Shown here: one piece after another, positions 12,446 through 26,669 of the stretch
Layout: the number at the start of each line of letters is the position of its first letter
How positions within the stretch are numbered: the stretch's first letter is position 1
Assembly: GCF_006345805.1 (NCBI RefSeq)
Contig: NC_042999.1
Coordinates: 90,272,001 to 90,336,000, forward strand
Reading direction: 5' to 3'
Source of the DNA: Octopus sinensis
Lineage: Eukaryota
Length of the DNA: 64,000 bases
Program-made: the position numbers and the translations under genes
The notes under the pieces: model-generated
What the model saw: the letters and a program-made list of their open reading frames with translations, nothing else
Databases searched by the model: none
What the model was told of the DNA's origin: nothing

Positions 12446-13142
12446 GGGTGGAGAGTTTTTTGAAGATTTTCGATTTTGTGATGGGGGTAGCATGAAAAAG
12501 TTGAGAATGGACATCAAAATAACTGGTGTAAAATCTTAGAACTCTGTGGGAATATCTCCTGTCTCCACAAATGCATCGAAAAATGGAAAAAGTGGTGGAA
12601 AAACACCTCTACTCATTTATTAGCTATAAAGTACCTATATCATTGCATCTTCTTCAGGTAGCATTTAAATGACTGTGATGAAATTACTCTAAAATATGGC
12701 TTTAACATGTTTTTTCCTGTGGTTTCATCTTCTGCTTCCACAAACACCTTAAAATATGCAAAAATATCGTAAATATTCTAATTTGTTGAATTCAAAAAAT
12801 TTTTCATGTAGATGTATATTACAGTACATTCCCCATCCCTCCTTGTGGAGGCAGAAGATGAAGTCACAGACTAAAAAACATGTTCAGTCATATTTTAGAG
12901 TAATTTCACCACAATCATTTAGAAGCTACCCAAAGAAGATGCAATGAAAACTGTATTTTATAGCTCATAAATAAGTAGAAGCATTTTTCCCTCCTCTTCT
13001 TTCATTTTTTGATGCATTAGTGGAGGCAGAAGATATTGTCACAGAGTTCTAAGATTTTACACCAGTTACTTTGCTGTCCATTCACAAATTTTCCACACTA
13101 CCCCCATCATGAAATTGAAAATCATGAATAAGTGCTCCACCC
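12446..13142. mobile_element. TA-flanked foldback MITE with ~300-bp inverted arms
   Basis: TA|GGGTGGAG ... CTCCACCC|TA; arms at about 12446-12742 and 12842-13142 align by eye throughout (e.g. AACTGGTGTAAAATCTTAGAACTCTGTG in both); spacer about 100 bp. Confidence 0.88.
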
Positions 13143-16103
13143 TAATGTATACTTATGTATGTACACTATAGGAATATGTGATATAATGATATCAAAACAA
13201 TGTAAAACCTGTTATATTAAAGACAGTGTGCTTGCTCTAGTATATAAGGCTTGGAAACCAAATAACTTTACAATCTGAAGAAGGTTATTAAGCTGAAAGT
13301 TTGAAGTAACTGTCAACCCTTTCCTTATTAAATAAAATCAACAACATTGTACAGAAAGACACCGAGTGGTCCTTTAATTTAACGTCTAATTAATTTTATA
13401 TATTAAAAGAAACACTAATGTACATATATATTTCTGTTGCACATGCATGCACACACATAGGGAGAGAGGTGTGAGAACCAGTGCTTGAGAATGCAAGGAA
13501 AAAATCTATGGCAAAAGATTATAACTATTAATGGAAAGTGAGAAAGTAGTTGTGCAGATGAAAATTGTCTCTTTGATGTTTGTGTAAAAGAAAGAATTTA
13601 ACTTCATTTCACTTTTATAATGTACAGCATTTTTTTTATTAATTCAATCACACACAAATAGACAAAGAGAATTTTAATTTTAGAATAATATGGATTAATT
13701 TCTCCCATAAATTAATTTTCATTATAAACAAGAATTTGTTAAAATATAGTTTTGTATTAAGTGATGAATGGGTGCTTTTTTGTGGCTTTTATTACTTACT
13801 GCATTGTTGTGATTGGCCCAATTATATATTGTTTTTGCAATCTGCATGGCTCTAGTTGTCATTGAGTGATAAATAGTTATGTGAAATAATCTAGTTTTAG
13901 TTTAATGTAACTGAGAAGTAACAAAAGTAACTGAAAACCCTATAGAGGGTAAGTTGAATATTTACAAAGCTGATACATATCAATAAAAATATCTTGGTCT
14001 AGGTGAAATATAAGTAAAATATGTGTACAAGGTGGTGTCTTATAGAATAGTGAAAGAAAATAATGTAATAGCTGTTGTAGAGACTCAAAGACATTTTAGT
14101 TTGTGTAACTGGAGAATAAGTGAACTGAAAAGTGTTAAAAGAATATAACAATAAAATGTCATCCTAATACATATCAATAAAAAAAATAACCTGGACTAAG
14201 TGAATAAATAATTCATCTGTAGACAAAATGAAGTAAGAAAAAAAAGTATTTTATTCTTATCTCATTACAGAATGCTATCAATATTTGAAAACCTCAGAAA
14301 TTACCACCTATAAAGGCATATTCAGTTTATTGCATAAGAATGTCAATTACTGAGGCTATGCAATTTAGCAGAGTTGACTGTAACAAGATTCAAGACACCA
14401 AAAAAAAGCAATAAATTTTCTGGTGAAGTGCAAAGCATAAGAGGTTGCATATTACTATGTATTAATATGCAATTTGCTTCAATTTCAATTTGTTGAAGGT
14501 GTCATGTGATAAAAGAGAATTAAGAAAGTAGAAAGTTAATTTCAAGTTTTGTCTGCCAATTCTTTACATGTTGAAAATAAATGAGAAAAACTTTTGATTA
14601 AGTATGGAAAACACTCACATGTTTGATATGACTATTGTAATAAATGATTAACAACAGAATGATTTCAATGAAAAGCATTAATATTGGTATTGATGTAAAA
14701 TTAAAGAAAAAAATATATAAAAACATGAAATGAGAGAAGGATAACTATTGTTTTTTATGTGGAATAAGATTAAGCCATTTTCATATAGGATATCGAAATA
14801 GGCTATTTTTATATATTAGTCTATTTCTATAAGTAATCAATGTATGTTAATAACAGAGAAGAAAATAGTTTAGGTGAAAGTAGTAGCATAGAATTAATTA
14901 GAGATTAAATGCTACGATTTTTCTCTAAAGTTATTTGTCATGTTTTTATAATTAGTTATTTCAGTGCAGACACACAAGAGAAAATCAAAATTAAAAAGTT
15001 GAGATATGAAAAAAAAAAAAAAAGATACAGTAATAAAAATAAACTTTTATATAACTATGCATGGGTTGAAAATAGCCACACATTCTGTAATTTCAACATT
15101 TTGAAAAGATTCTAAGCATGATATACATATTTACAGTTACAATATAGAAGTGCAATGGGTGAATGAGTAGTGATTATAAGACTACTAAGTTGTAGGCTAA
15201 AATTTAAAGGTTTTGCTCATTAAAATAGAAACTACACTTAATTTACAAACCAAATTTTTAAAAGGTTGCAGCATATTAAACACTATTATCACTTGCTACA
15301 ACAAAGCATCTCATTTCTTCAAAGCCTCTTCATTAAGTTACACATAGCTTTGTTTAGAAGTCTGAAGTAATGGTAAAACTGTAAACATTAAAAGTAAAGC
15401 AGGCTATTGAGGACAACACACACCATTATATATAACACACCTAAAACAGTATTCATATCAAGGACAACACAGTTGTACAGGATTTTGTCTATAATGCATT
15501 TGAAGGAAGTGATATTACCAGCCAATTTGAAGTCTATTCAGAATAATCTAGACTGCCTTGTTCCTTTCCTGAAGGTTTTCACCTTCAAATTGACATCAAT
15601 AAATATTGGTTGTTGAGACATTAAAGGATTTAACTGTTGATCTATAGATTAAAGTTTAAGTACTGCAACAGGTATCATACCCTTGTTTTAAGTCAATGCA
15701 TATTAAACTACTTGTCTTAGGTTTACTCAAGTCTCAGTAAGTTTATTTCTATGGTAACAAATATACATTTCTGTATATTTCCTTAATGAGTTTGTTTACT
15801 ATCATTTTGATAGATTATAGTACAGGTATACATCCTTGGAGAGTTTCAGTAAGGCAATAACACTTGTACTAAGCAGAAAAATTTATAAAATTATTTATCA
15901 TTAACAAATATTGTCTTATTCTCAGTGCATATTTTGTTGTACTTGAGCTTTTTAATGTTGTATGCATTAAACACGTTGACACCTATGCACCTACTAGTTA
16001 TTTATCTACTTAATAACATAAAAGAAAATAAGTACCACTTCAATTTTAGTTAAGAGATTAGTATAAGGACCTAGTTGTAAAAAGCTCTTGTTTCAACTAA
16101 CAA

Positions 16104-16158
16104 CCATCATCATCATCGTTTAACGTCCGCTTTCCATGCTAGCATGGGTTGGACGGCC
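16104..16158 (-). mobile_element. Very short RTE 3' tail
   Basis: CATCATCATCATCGTTTAACGTCCGCTTTCCATGCTAGCATGGGTTGGACGG. Confidence 0.85.
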
Positions 16159-17392
16159 ATACCTAAATCTATTAAATTAAATAATATCATGTATGACTAA
16201 ATTATGTGAAGATTCTGAACATGTAAACAAAGGCATAAACAAACTATTATATTCTTCCCTCTAGTACCAATGTGGTCACAAAATAAAATCACTCTAATAT
16301 TAAATGACTTGAACAAGGAAGGAAGAATATTCATAAAGCACTATACTGGCCAATATAGACAGCATATAATTTTAAATGTACTTTGTAGGCTGGCATGGGT
16401 TGCATAAATTGTAATGATCTAAGTCAGCCTTTATTTGGAGTAACTGCTCTCCCAGACCAATCACTGGATCATGTTTTTGGCTTGGTTTCTATGGCTGGAT
16501 ACCCATTCTAACACGGACAACTTTACAGATTGCACTAGGTGTATTTTATTATGATACCAACACTAGAGAGGCTTTTGTCCTTGACAAGATAAAAGTAAAG
16601 GGTTCATTTGATCCTGTGTTTTCTCTATTTGCACCAAAATTAAGTTTACAGAGACTACTGGGAGCATTTTATAGTGGCACCAGCATCAGTGACATTACCT
16701 TTAATTGCTCAATGTAATAAAGGGGGTAGAAAAGAATGCAACCGCAGAAAATATCAAAACTATATCAAAATATTTATAACAATTCCTTTTAAATGTTATT
16801 CATGGCAACATCTTCAAGGATCTAGTCAATTTCCAGTGTTTGTCATCTTTTACATAGCAGTTAAATCAATTTTTAAGCAACTCCTTATATATCAGAGATA
16901 AATGGGAATGAAAGAAGTCCAGAGGCCATAACTAAGTTAAGATCTTATTAGATTTTGATGTTCATCAATGAAACATTTGGTTCAAAGATAAAGAATTACA
17001 TTATTATTTGGACTGCTTATTTCTCTTCATATAGTGATATCTCTATCATCATCATTGGTTTAACTTGCTTTCGTAGCCTAGCCTGAATTAAGTGATCTGC
17101 ACACTTTATCTGTTTTACATCAGAATGACAACTTTCTATGGTTTGATCAAATTGCATCAACTAAAAACTTCTTTTACTGGCAATGAATTCTTATTCGAAG
17201 AAATTTCTAATTAAGTATGCATCACATATTTCCTTCAAAAATTCATATTAATATGGATTCTCTTGAAAGAAGGCAATAAAATTGTTGGTTTTTTTGCCAT
17301 CTGAATTCATTTATACATTCGTACAAAAGATAAGACTGTCAAATAATTATATTTTTCATAGATCTGTTGTGCTAGAAATATTACATTTATTG

Positions 17393-17686
17393 AAAACACC
17401 ATCCGAGCGTGGCCGTCAGCCAGCCTCGTCTGGCACCTGTGTCGGTGGCACATAAAAAACACCATCCGAGCGTGGCCGTCTGCCAGCCTCGTCTGGCACC
17501 TGTGTCGGTGGCACATAAAATCACCCACTACACTCTCGGAGTGGTTGGCGTTAGGAAGGGCATCCAGCTGTAGAAACACTGCCAGATCTGACTGGCCTGG
17601 TGCAGCCTTCGGGCTTGCCAGACCCCAGTTGAACCGTCCAACCCATGCTAGCATGGAAAGCGGACGTTAAACGATGATGATGATGA
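17393..17686 (+). mobile_element. RTE-LINE 3' tail with two 63-nt subrepeats
   Basis: ATCCGAGCGTGGCCG unit at 17401 and 17464, terminal palindrome and (GAT)n; near-perfect inverse of 2643-2932. Confidence 0.92.
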
Positions 17687-19638
17687 GTCAAATTTCATCA
17701 CACAGCAAACCATTTTATTCACATCAGCCCTATTATGCATTAACAGTAATAAAATAGAAAATATTAGTTTGGCGCAAGAAGTCAATTCTATTGTTTTTGA
17801 TAGGGTCTTTTGAAATGTATTAAACTGATTTTTGTTGATACTGACTACTATTGCTTTCTTGAATTCTACTGCTTAATTTTGATTACTATCCATTAGCTTT
17901 TTTACAATACTTTCTACCACCTTTGTTATCTGCTGTAATGGAAAGTTTACATCCACAGACTATGCTACTGACAGATTAGCAGGTAGTGAAGAGCAAATAA
18001 TATATACAGCTACATTCTTAAATGAAGAACAGAACAGGTGAGAATCTAGGCCTTGTCTGTTAGACACAACCAACCTAACTACTATTCAGTTAGCTATTCA
18101 CTTGCAAGCTTTTATAAGGACAACTGATAATCAACATTCAAAAGCTGTTAATTTTCTTTTGTTCACTGCTTATCTTACAAATCATCTAGATCAATATTTG
18201 TTATTTCTCCTTGTTAAGAGTTAACAGATATTTGGGAAACACTACACTACCTTGTAAAACAACTTAATAAAATCAAAAGATCACAATAATGCATTACTCT
18301 GTATCACAACAACTTGTACAACAAATACACTGTGCACTAGCAACACTAAACTGTATGACAACTGCACTGCACAGTAGAAACACTGAAGTGTATTACAACT
18401 GCACTGTTTACCAAAAATACTTTACTGCACACCACCTCCACCACCACCACCACACTATGCCAATAACACTACATTGTACATTATTGATGTACACCAACTC
18501 TACAGTGTATAGCAACTTATCAAAAAATACTTAGAATAAAGTATACTCTAGATTATAAATGTTGTGACCAATTCCAACAAAACTAGAAACTTGACATTTT
18601 CATAAGATGGTAAAAATGGCATACAACATAAAAATGGCCTCTATTTTTCATGAAAGTTAAAATATATCTAACTTTTCACCTAATTTCAGCTCATTGTGGT
18701 ATAGTACAGCCATATGCAAGATATGATCAAGCAAGAATCTGTGGCATAAAATTTAAATGCTCTGTCTACCTTATATGTAGTAGTAAATATGGCATTTTAA
18801 ATGTAGCCAGGAAGAGAAATTAGAAATCATTGACTATATTAGATTCTAGACATTAAATGGAGTAAGTTTGTTACTTCGAAAGTTTAAGATTACTTAAGAA
18901 AAGGTTTAGGATTACTTGGTGTTCAACAGAATTATACTAGAACAAATGAATTGGCTTAGCTCTACCTACAGGTTTTAACCTTTCAGACTTAACTAATTTA
19001 GTGATGTGGTGAACGAGGCTCAATCCAAATGAAATTATACTAGACCTTCCAGCAAAGTTTAGCAGAGATTAAAAAAAATGTGGTAACATTAGCTGCAAAT
19101 TGATCTAAGTGGCTTGTCTAGATTACTACATATGTGGGACATTATAAAACTACTAAGGTATGATTGATTTCTTAAAATACGTGAAACATATATTTTAAAA
19201 TATAATCTCTGTTAAGTTGGTTTCTGTCTTTTCAGCCATTACTGAGATGTTTTTGGGATCAAATGAATTCGATAGCTTTATTTTAGGTTAAATCCTGTAA
19301 TACATTTCTTTATGACTTCATATAAATACAGTAGCAATCTTTTGAAGAACACTTACTTTATGGAACTATTCCTGTTTTGAATAATTTTCCTATAATTAAT
19401 AAAAGATCATAACAGATGCAAAAATTGTTAAATTAATGGAGACTGAGTTATGTCTCCATCCTCAGAAAAATTCTTCCTACAGAAAATAAATCCCTACCCT
19501 GACCTTTATATTTATTATTTTTTTATGAATCATCTAACTTATCTATTCCTATAGTAACAATATCCCATATCATTTTATGTATTTTATAACAGAAACGTTC
19601 TACATCTTAGACAAAAAACAATTCTTTTTTTAGCTATA

Positions 19639-19803
19639 GGCATAGGAGTGGCTGTGTGGTAAGTAGCTTGCTTATGAACTACCTGGTTCCGGGTTCAGTC
19701 CCACTATGTGACACCTTGGGCAAGTGTCTTCTAGTATAGCCTTGGTCCGACCAAAGCTTTGTGAGTGGATTTGGTAGACTGAAACTGAAAGAAGCCCGTC
19801 GTA

Positions 19804-19882
<79 letters not shown>

Positions 19883-20030
19883 AATGAGATAGGGGTTGAA
19901 AATTCAACCCACCATGGGATAATATATATCCAATATACTGCCAGATAAGGTACCCAACAAGATTAATACATCGGATAGTTGATGTTTTATTGATTTAAGT
20001 ATGTTTCTCCATTCTCTAATTTTGTAGTGT

Positions 20031-20083
<53 letters not shown>

Positions 20084-20285
20084 TAGTGTGTCTGTGTTTG
20101 TCCCCCAACATCGCTTGACAACTGATGCTGGTGTGTTTACGTCCCTGTAACTTAGCGGTTCAGCAAAAAGAGACCAATAGAATAAGTACTAGGCTTACAA
20201 AGAATAAGTCCTGGGGTCAATTTGCTTGACTAAAGGCGGTACTCCAGCATGGCCACAGTCAAATGACTGAAACAAGTAAAAGAGT
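19639..20285 (+). mobile_element. tRNA-derived SINE with internal microsatellite and LINE-A-type tail
   Basis: A-box-like TGGCTGTGTGG (19649-19659) and B-box-like GGTTCAGTCCC (19692-19702); same body as 60681-61075; tail GGCGGTACTCCAGCATGGCCACAG. Confidence 0.9.
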
Positions 20286-23200
20286 ATTTAATTTTGTACC
20301 TTAATATTCAGGTGCTTTTTTGATCACATTTTGGTAATCTTTATAAAATTATGTGATTTGTTAAAGAAAATGCATTATTGTAAATATAATACCTTTTAGA
20401 AGTTAAATGAAATATATACTTTCAGAGAGAACTGTATAATTCTTAAAACAAGAATATAACTTAATGAGTAAATTTGGAAGTGAAGGAAATGAAACTGGTG
20501 CTGTGCAAGATTGCAGTATTTCTATTGGTAGTAACCTATTAATGAAGGAATTTATTAGAGGTTACTTTTTACTGCAAGAACACTGCATGAATGCATATAA
20601 CAGTTACCAACTTTAAATCATTAAATGGTATTTGCTGAGTGAATGACAGGGAGGTCAGCACTTGCATCCATAGACAATGACAGAAGCATACAAAGGACGA
20701 GGAAAAAAAAACAACAAAGAATACTCACTCTTAATATGTTGGTTCTAGAAAAATAAATAATTGAGCTACTTTAACAGATTTAAAGAAATGTAATTATATG
20801 CAATATCTAACTACACATTACCATTGTGAAGTAGAGGGAAACTTGATTCAGCACCTTAATGTAGAAGTAACTTCTGTTTAGAATTTTTATATAAATAGAA
20901 TTTATTTCCTTATGAAAAATAATATAATTGAAAGTTATATATAAAAGTTATGTTCTTGACAAAGAAATAATTTTTGAAATATATTTAACTTCAAATTAAG
21001 TTTTACTTATCTAACATATATAACAATGGAGAATAGTATATGATTTATATGGATATTGGGCAATAATCTCCATTAATAATAAACTAAATTGAATGATTAC
21101 ATATATGAGTAATCATTGTATGTTAGTATATATAAAACAGTTATTTAGTGAAGATTTACAATTTGGTACTTTTTAAGTTTATATGAGAATTAATTAGGTG
21201 TATGATTTAGTACTTGGGAAGAACCAAATACCTTTTGGACAATCTGAAATTTGCAGGAAGAGTTGAAAAAATCTTGAAGACAGAAAGGGTAATATCAATC
21301 ATAATACTAAAATGTTAATACTTAACAGTTAAACTGACCAACATAAACCTGGATATTTAATTTGATATTTTATTTTGATATGGTATCATGTGGGCAGTAC
21401 AACACAAAAGCATTTTTGAGGCATTAATGATAACTCTAAACTTTCAAACACTCAAGATTAAGACATAGTAAACAATAAATTTGATCTATATTCAGAGAAT
21501 AAGGTCATATACAATATAGTCAGGTCATGATGAATGTTGGCCATGTAGTGTTTAGAGAGTACATGCATACCGGGCTAGAAAATAACAATGATTTCAGTCA
21601 GTTTATACCAATTAACTTTCCCACAATAGTCATCTGGGATTTTCTTTTAGATATACAAGTTTAAAGAGTAACATTGTATTAGAAGGTAAATATTTTGTTT
21701 GAATGGAGAAGGGTCAATGCTCATCAACTTTAGAGGGGTTTTAATTTGAATTTCTGGTTGTCTGTAGGGAAAGAATTCCATAAAACTGTAGTTCCGGTAA
21801 GGAATGATTATAAAGTGTTCACTGCAGAGTTTGAAGAGAGCATAAGTTCAGATACAAAAGGGAAGAAATATGGGTGCATCAGAAGGGCTTGAATATAATT
21901 GATGTGTAGCTTGTGAGTTCACAAAAGCAGAAGCTGTTGTTGCAACAGAAGAATTAAGATAGAGAGTTCATATAAAATTGGTAGAAAGCAGAGAGATCGA
22001 GCTTATTGATTAAGTGATGTGATCATATAACACCCAAAAGTACACTAACTGTTCACATGAAAATATCATTTCAATCCAACAATGTAAAGACATAAGTAAA
22101 ATACCTTCAGTTAACTATGAACTGTTATAAAAACAGGATAATTCATATTTGTAATATAAGAGAATAAAGTAATGATGGATATGAAATAGATGGTAAAAGA
22201 TAGCTAATACTAAAGGTTAATAGTAACTAGATCAAGAGGCAGGCAGTATTGTATGTTATTAAAACCTTATGTAAATTTTATATAAAAGCTAACTGCATAT
22301 AAGAGGGGCTTAATTAGAATTAGTAAAGGTAGAGAAGTTATGTCATTTTATATTTATGGTCTTAATATTTATTTTCCCTTGTTAGCATAAGTGGGCCACG
22401 CCTGTGTCAATTGCAGTTATTGCTTCTGCATATATTGGTTGATGCTTTTCATGCTCAGTATTCTTCAAGCTCACTTGTTCATTACTTTTCATGCAAGATA
22501 ACGTTCACACCTAATGAATTAAACCTGATTTATTCTTTTTCAGCCTCTGAAGATCTTTCACCTTCAATACTTATGTTTCACTACTAAGCATCATCATACT
22601 CTTTCCAGAGTTTGAGACAAACTTTCTTTTGTTTAGAGGTAAATAAAATCTCTTTATTTCCAAAAGCTCATTGAACTTCTTAAAGAGTAGCAACAATTTT
22701 GATCATTGTGGCCAGATCTCATGAAGGTGGTCTGCTAGACAACATAGCATAGGACTGACACAGTCAATAATATACCATACTACACTCCTTCTAACCTTTG
22801 CCAACGTGAAGAAATGAATGCAAAAACAAAGTTACATTATGATGAATTAATCAGCTTTCTAATTATCTCATAAAATTACTATATATAAAACCAAAGAATG
22901 GTTAATCATATTAGCTTAGAGAAAAACGCAAAAGATAAAGTGGTTTCATTAATACTCATCAAATGAGCATTAGCAATGTAAATTGAATGAAAAATGAATT
23001 ACAGACTTAGTTTAGGAGGACTTCTATTGCACTTATTAATAGTGATATACAAGGTACTTACAAGAAAACCTTTCAAAAAAAAAGTGACAAATTATTAGTT
23101 TATCCTACAGAACAAAGGGACAGCTAATCGAGTTGGATATCATTAATATCATAGATGGAGTTGCTTCTAATATAGAGTTGAATTAGATGATATACTTCAG

Positions 23201-25991
23201 ATGCTGGTGTTGCAGTTCTTTATTTTTCAATTTCTTAATATTGATTCCATTTGGGTTTCAATAAAATAGCCAGATTTATATTAGCATATTGCTCACATAT
23301 CTGGGTTGATGCTGTTACCACATCCAAGAAAAAGTCATTCAGATGCTTCTTTCTCTCTTTGCTACCTGGTTTATGGTTACCTTAACAACTGCTTCTAAGA
23401 GCTATCAAGCTGCATACCACTTCCAGTTGCACATGATTCACTTGTCTCATTTCTTCTCATTATCATCCCTGAGTTTCAACATTTAAATCCTACACTAAAT
23501 CATTTTTACAATCATTCCATCTAAAACTGCAGCCCTTTGGAATTCTCTCCCTTGTTGAATTTTTCTCTTGAGACATTCACAACATATCCAGAAACTCAAA
23601 ATAAACAGCAACACTATTGATCTCATCAGCCTGGGGCTGTATCCAAAAGGCATAATCACTGCTCCTTCTTTGACTGATCAATAAAACAATACATAAAATG
23701 GTGTGTGTCCTTAAAAAATTTATTAAATTTGCAAAAATTAAAGTTTTAAATGAAGTATATGTTGTTATTAAATTTAGACTTTGAAACTATCTTAAGGAAA
23801 GATGACGTCAGGGCTCAAGGAAGTAAATTTCTGAAAGAATAGATACATTCTATGTTCTTTTTAATGTCACTGGCAATGTAAAATTAAAAGTGTGGCAAAT
23901 AAATGAAGATTGCTAGACTAATAAACCAGCTTGTAACAAAAAAGGTTAGAGTAAAGAAATTTAGTTTTTGTTGTTTCTTACTCTGTGCATATACTCAGTA
24001 TTAAAAGAAGTGGTTGATCATTTGTACAAAATGTTTCCTAGTGGGAAAGTGAGAAAACCGAAGAGCTGTTTTAAGATCCATTTTGTATCTTCACTATTGA
24101 AACATATAATTCTTATATACCTTGCTTAGAATGAAATATTCTACATGCTCACAAGCTGGATGTATTCATAGTAAATATTACTAGTTATCAACAATAAAGA
24201 AATATTTGAAGATAGAAACCAGTATATATGATTATTAGAACTCTGATGTAAAGATTGAATAAAATTTATGGCAACAAGTAAGTTTAACAATAAACTATTG
24301 ATTTATTAAGCAAATTATAAATAGACAAATGATTTTTACAAGTAGGGGAAAGTGTTTTAAACATATTTCAATGAAATATAAAAATATTTATAGATAGATA
24401 TGACCAGTGTAACAAGAAATAGGGACTCTCTAAAAAGAGACACTATCTTACAAACAGGATATTGTTGATAACCTATTAGAGAAGAATTAATAAAAAATAA
24501 TTCTTAAAGTAAACCAAGTATCACTAACAACAGATTTTATCAGTAATTCAAAATAAAAAATAATTATGAAATACTATTACCATTAAAATATAGAAGAAAA
24601 TAAATCCTTCAAGGAATGTATTGCTTTGAATGCAATTTTATTGTATACCAAGTTGTAAACAGATGTTTCTCAACAAATAACAAAGTAAAGTTCCTATATT
24701 TAAGCAAGCAAAACAGAAAAGGGACAAACCTTTACAGACATTCATCTCTACTCATAATAATATCAGAATTTAATCTAAATATCTGAAGAAAGGAAACGGA
24801 GTAAATTTGTTTCATGGGTCCTCCAAATATTGATGGCTGAGATAGTTGATATGATTTCTGATAAATTTATATTAGTGTCGGTTAATATTTAAAAGAAATC
24901 TATGAAAGGAGTTATTACAAAGGGTGGTTCCAGAGAAAGGAGTGGATAAAAGTTAGAACGATAGAAGATAGGCTGATAAGATTTCTTAAGTGGGGATAAT
25001 ACATAACAAACACATTCAAAGGAAATATCAATGGCAGTATTTCTAGAAGGGTGATAGCAATGAGGAGCCACATTTGTCCAGGGAAAGAAATGAAGGCATT
25101 TTTTGATTGGGTACTAAACTGAAATCAATTTCTTGTTAATATACTTATTTATAAATCTGTTTTATTTATAAGATACTTCCAAAACAATGAAAAAACTTAC
25201 AAGCTCACATTACATGCTTATTTTCACTTGAGTTTTACTGTATATTCATTTTCTCTCAACCTCAATTTATATTACTTTTTCCAAATGTTAGCATGTGGAT
25301 AAATATTAAAAAATTTGCAAGAGAATAAGGCTTTCCTAATAGCTCTAGATTCACTATAAAATAGGATTGTAAGCTTTATTTAAATATCTTGTGAAGAAAA
25401 AAAAAAAGAAAAAAGAAAACTAAGACAAGATTTCAATTAATTGTCAAATGACTGACTATATTGAATCTCAATGTTTTTTCAGTCAACATTTATCATGTCA
25501 ATATATCAATTATGTACTTAACAAAGAAGGCCTTTAATTTAACATCTTTATCAATGAAGAAAAGAATATTTAACTATAGCACATATGATATCAGATTTGA
25601 TGCCACTGGCAGAAATTTAGACCTACATTGATTTCCATATAGAATAATCAGGATTTGTATGGGAACACTACAGTACTTATACTTAAAATACCATTACTAA
25701 TTTTATTAATGCAACAATCCCTAAATATGATCATCTAATTCAATTATCTTAAAAATGACTTCAATTTTTGATAGGAAATAATGTTGCTTTTTTATACTTA
25801 ACTCATTTTATTAAATATAAGAAGAAAAGTAAAGCAGGTAATAAAATTAATTTTACTGTTTTCAGAACACCTATCTATCTCATGCTAACATGGAAAAAAT
25901 GGATGTGAAATATATTTTGAAAAAAACAACTGAATATTGTTAAAAAGATATGAAAAATGTGTCTCATGTTATAAATAGAAATGCCCCTTAC

Positions 25992-26098
25992 CTTGCTATT
26001 AGCTAGAAGAAACCCAATACCATCCATGCACACCTGGAGTAGCCCTCCTTGTCCAGACCTGAGATCTTGTACAGGAAATTCACCACCAATGTCAGGTC
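25992..26098 (-). CDS. MADD: MADD exon: (G)[35 protein letters not shown]
   Basis: 107 nt, tttcag acceptor, AAG|gtaagg donor, phase 1 to 0; matches the recalled human MADD [23 protein letters not shown]. Confidence 0.95.
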
Positions 26099-26456
26099 CT
26101 GAAATTTAATGAAATGATTTTCTAGTTTATTTAATGAAATGATTTTCTAGTCTATTTTTTTTATTCCTATGTTCAAACTGAAAAAAAAAAAAAAAATCTG
26201 TTGTTCAATTCCATTTGCTTGCAATTTTCATATAACTTTGTTTTAAACCACAGGAGCTTTGTCAGTGTAAATTTTGTGAACCAATGTTATAAGAATTTGT
26301 AGCAGCTATATTTCAGTAGCTGGAAGATAAGGTAATGAGTTCTTGAAGAATCTTTGGTCAAAAATGAAAATTAGTTGAATTGATTCTCATATCAAGCTGC
26401 TAAAGCTCCTATGGGTTATCAACAGGGTCTATTTTCACAGTTCCAATTAAACAGCA

Positions 26457-26669
26457 CAACCCATGCCAGCATAGAGAATGGACATTAGAAGATTATGATG
26501 ATAACAGTATGTAAATCAATCAATCATTATCGTCATCATTTAACCTCTGTTTTCCATGCTGGCATGGGTTGGATGGTTTGACTGAAAACTAGTAAGCTGG
26601 GGAGCTGCACTGGGATTCCAATCTGATTTGGCATGATTTCTACAGCTGGATGCCCTTCCTAATGCCAAA
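26457..26669. mobile_element. Two RTE tails joined tail-to-tail (+ 26457-26503, - 26521-26669)
   Basis: CCCATGCCAGCATAGAGAATGGAC...GATGAT followed by CATCAT...TTTCCATGCTGGCATGGGTTGG. Confidence 0.75.

Noticed and set aside
18289-18534. 81-aa ORF with a His run
   Set aside because: A degenerate CAC/ACT low-complexity repeat.
19639-19720. tRNA-like A/B boxes (also at 60681)
   Set aside because: No cloverleaf or anticodon arm; these are SINE heads, not tRNA genes.
20465-20617. 50-aa plus-strand ORF (MSKFGSEG...)
   Set aside because: Short, with no homology or gene context.
17959-22587. Three plus-strand exon-like segments (17959-18037, 21651-21685, 22544-22587) with compatible phases
   Set aside because: Selected after the fact from many splice-like sites in AT-rich DNA, and the joined peptide resembles nothing I recognise; RNA-seq would be needed.
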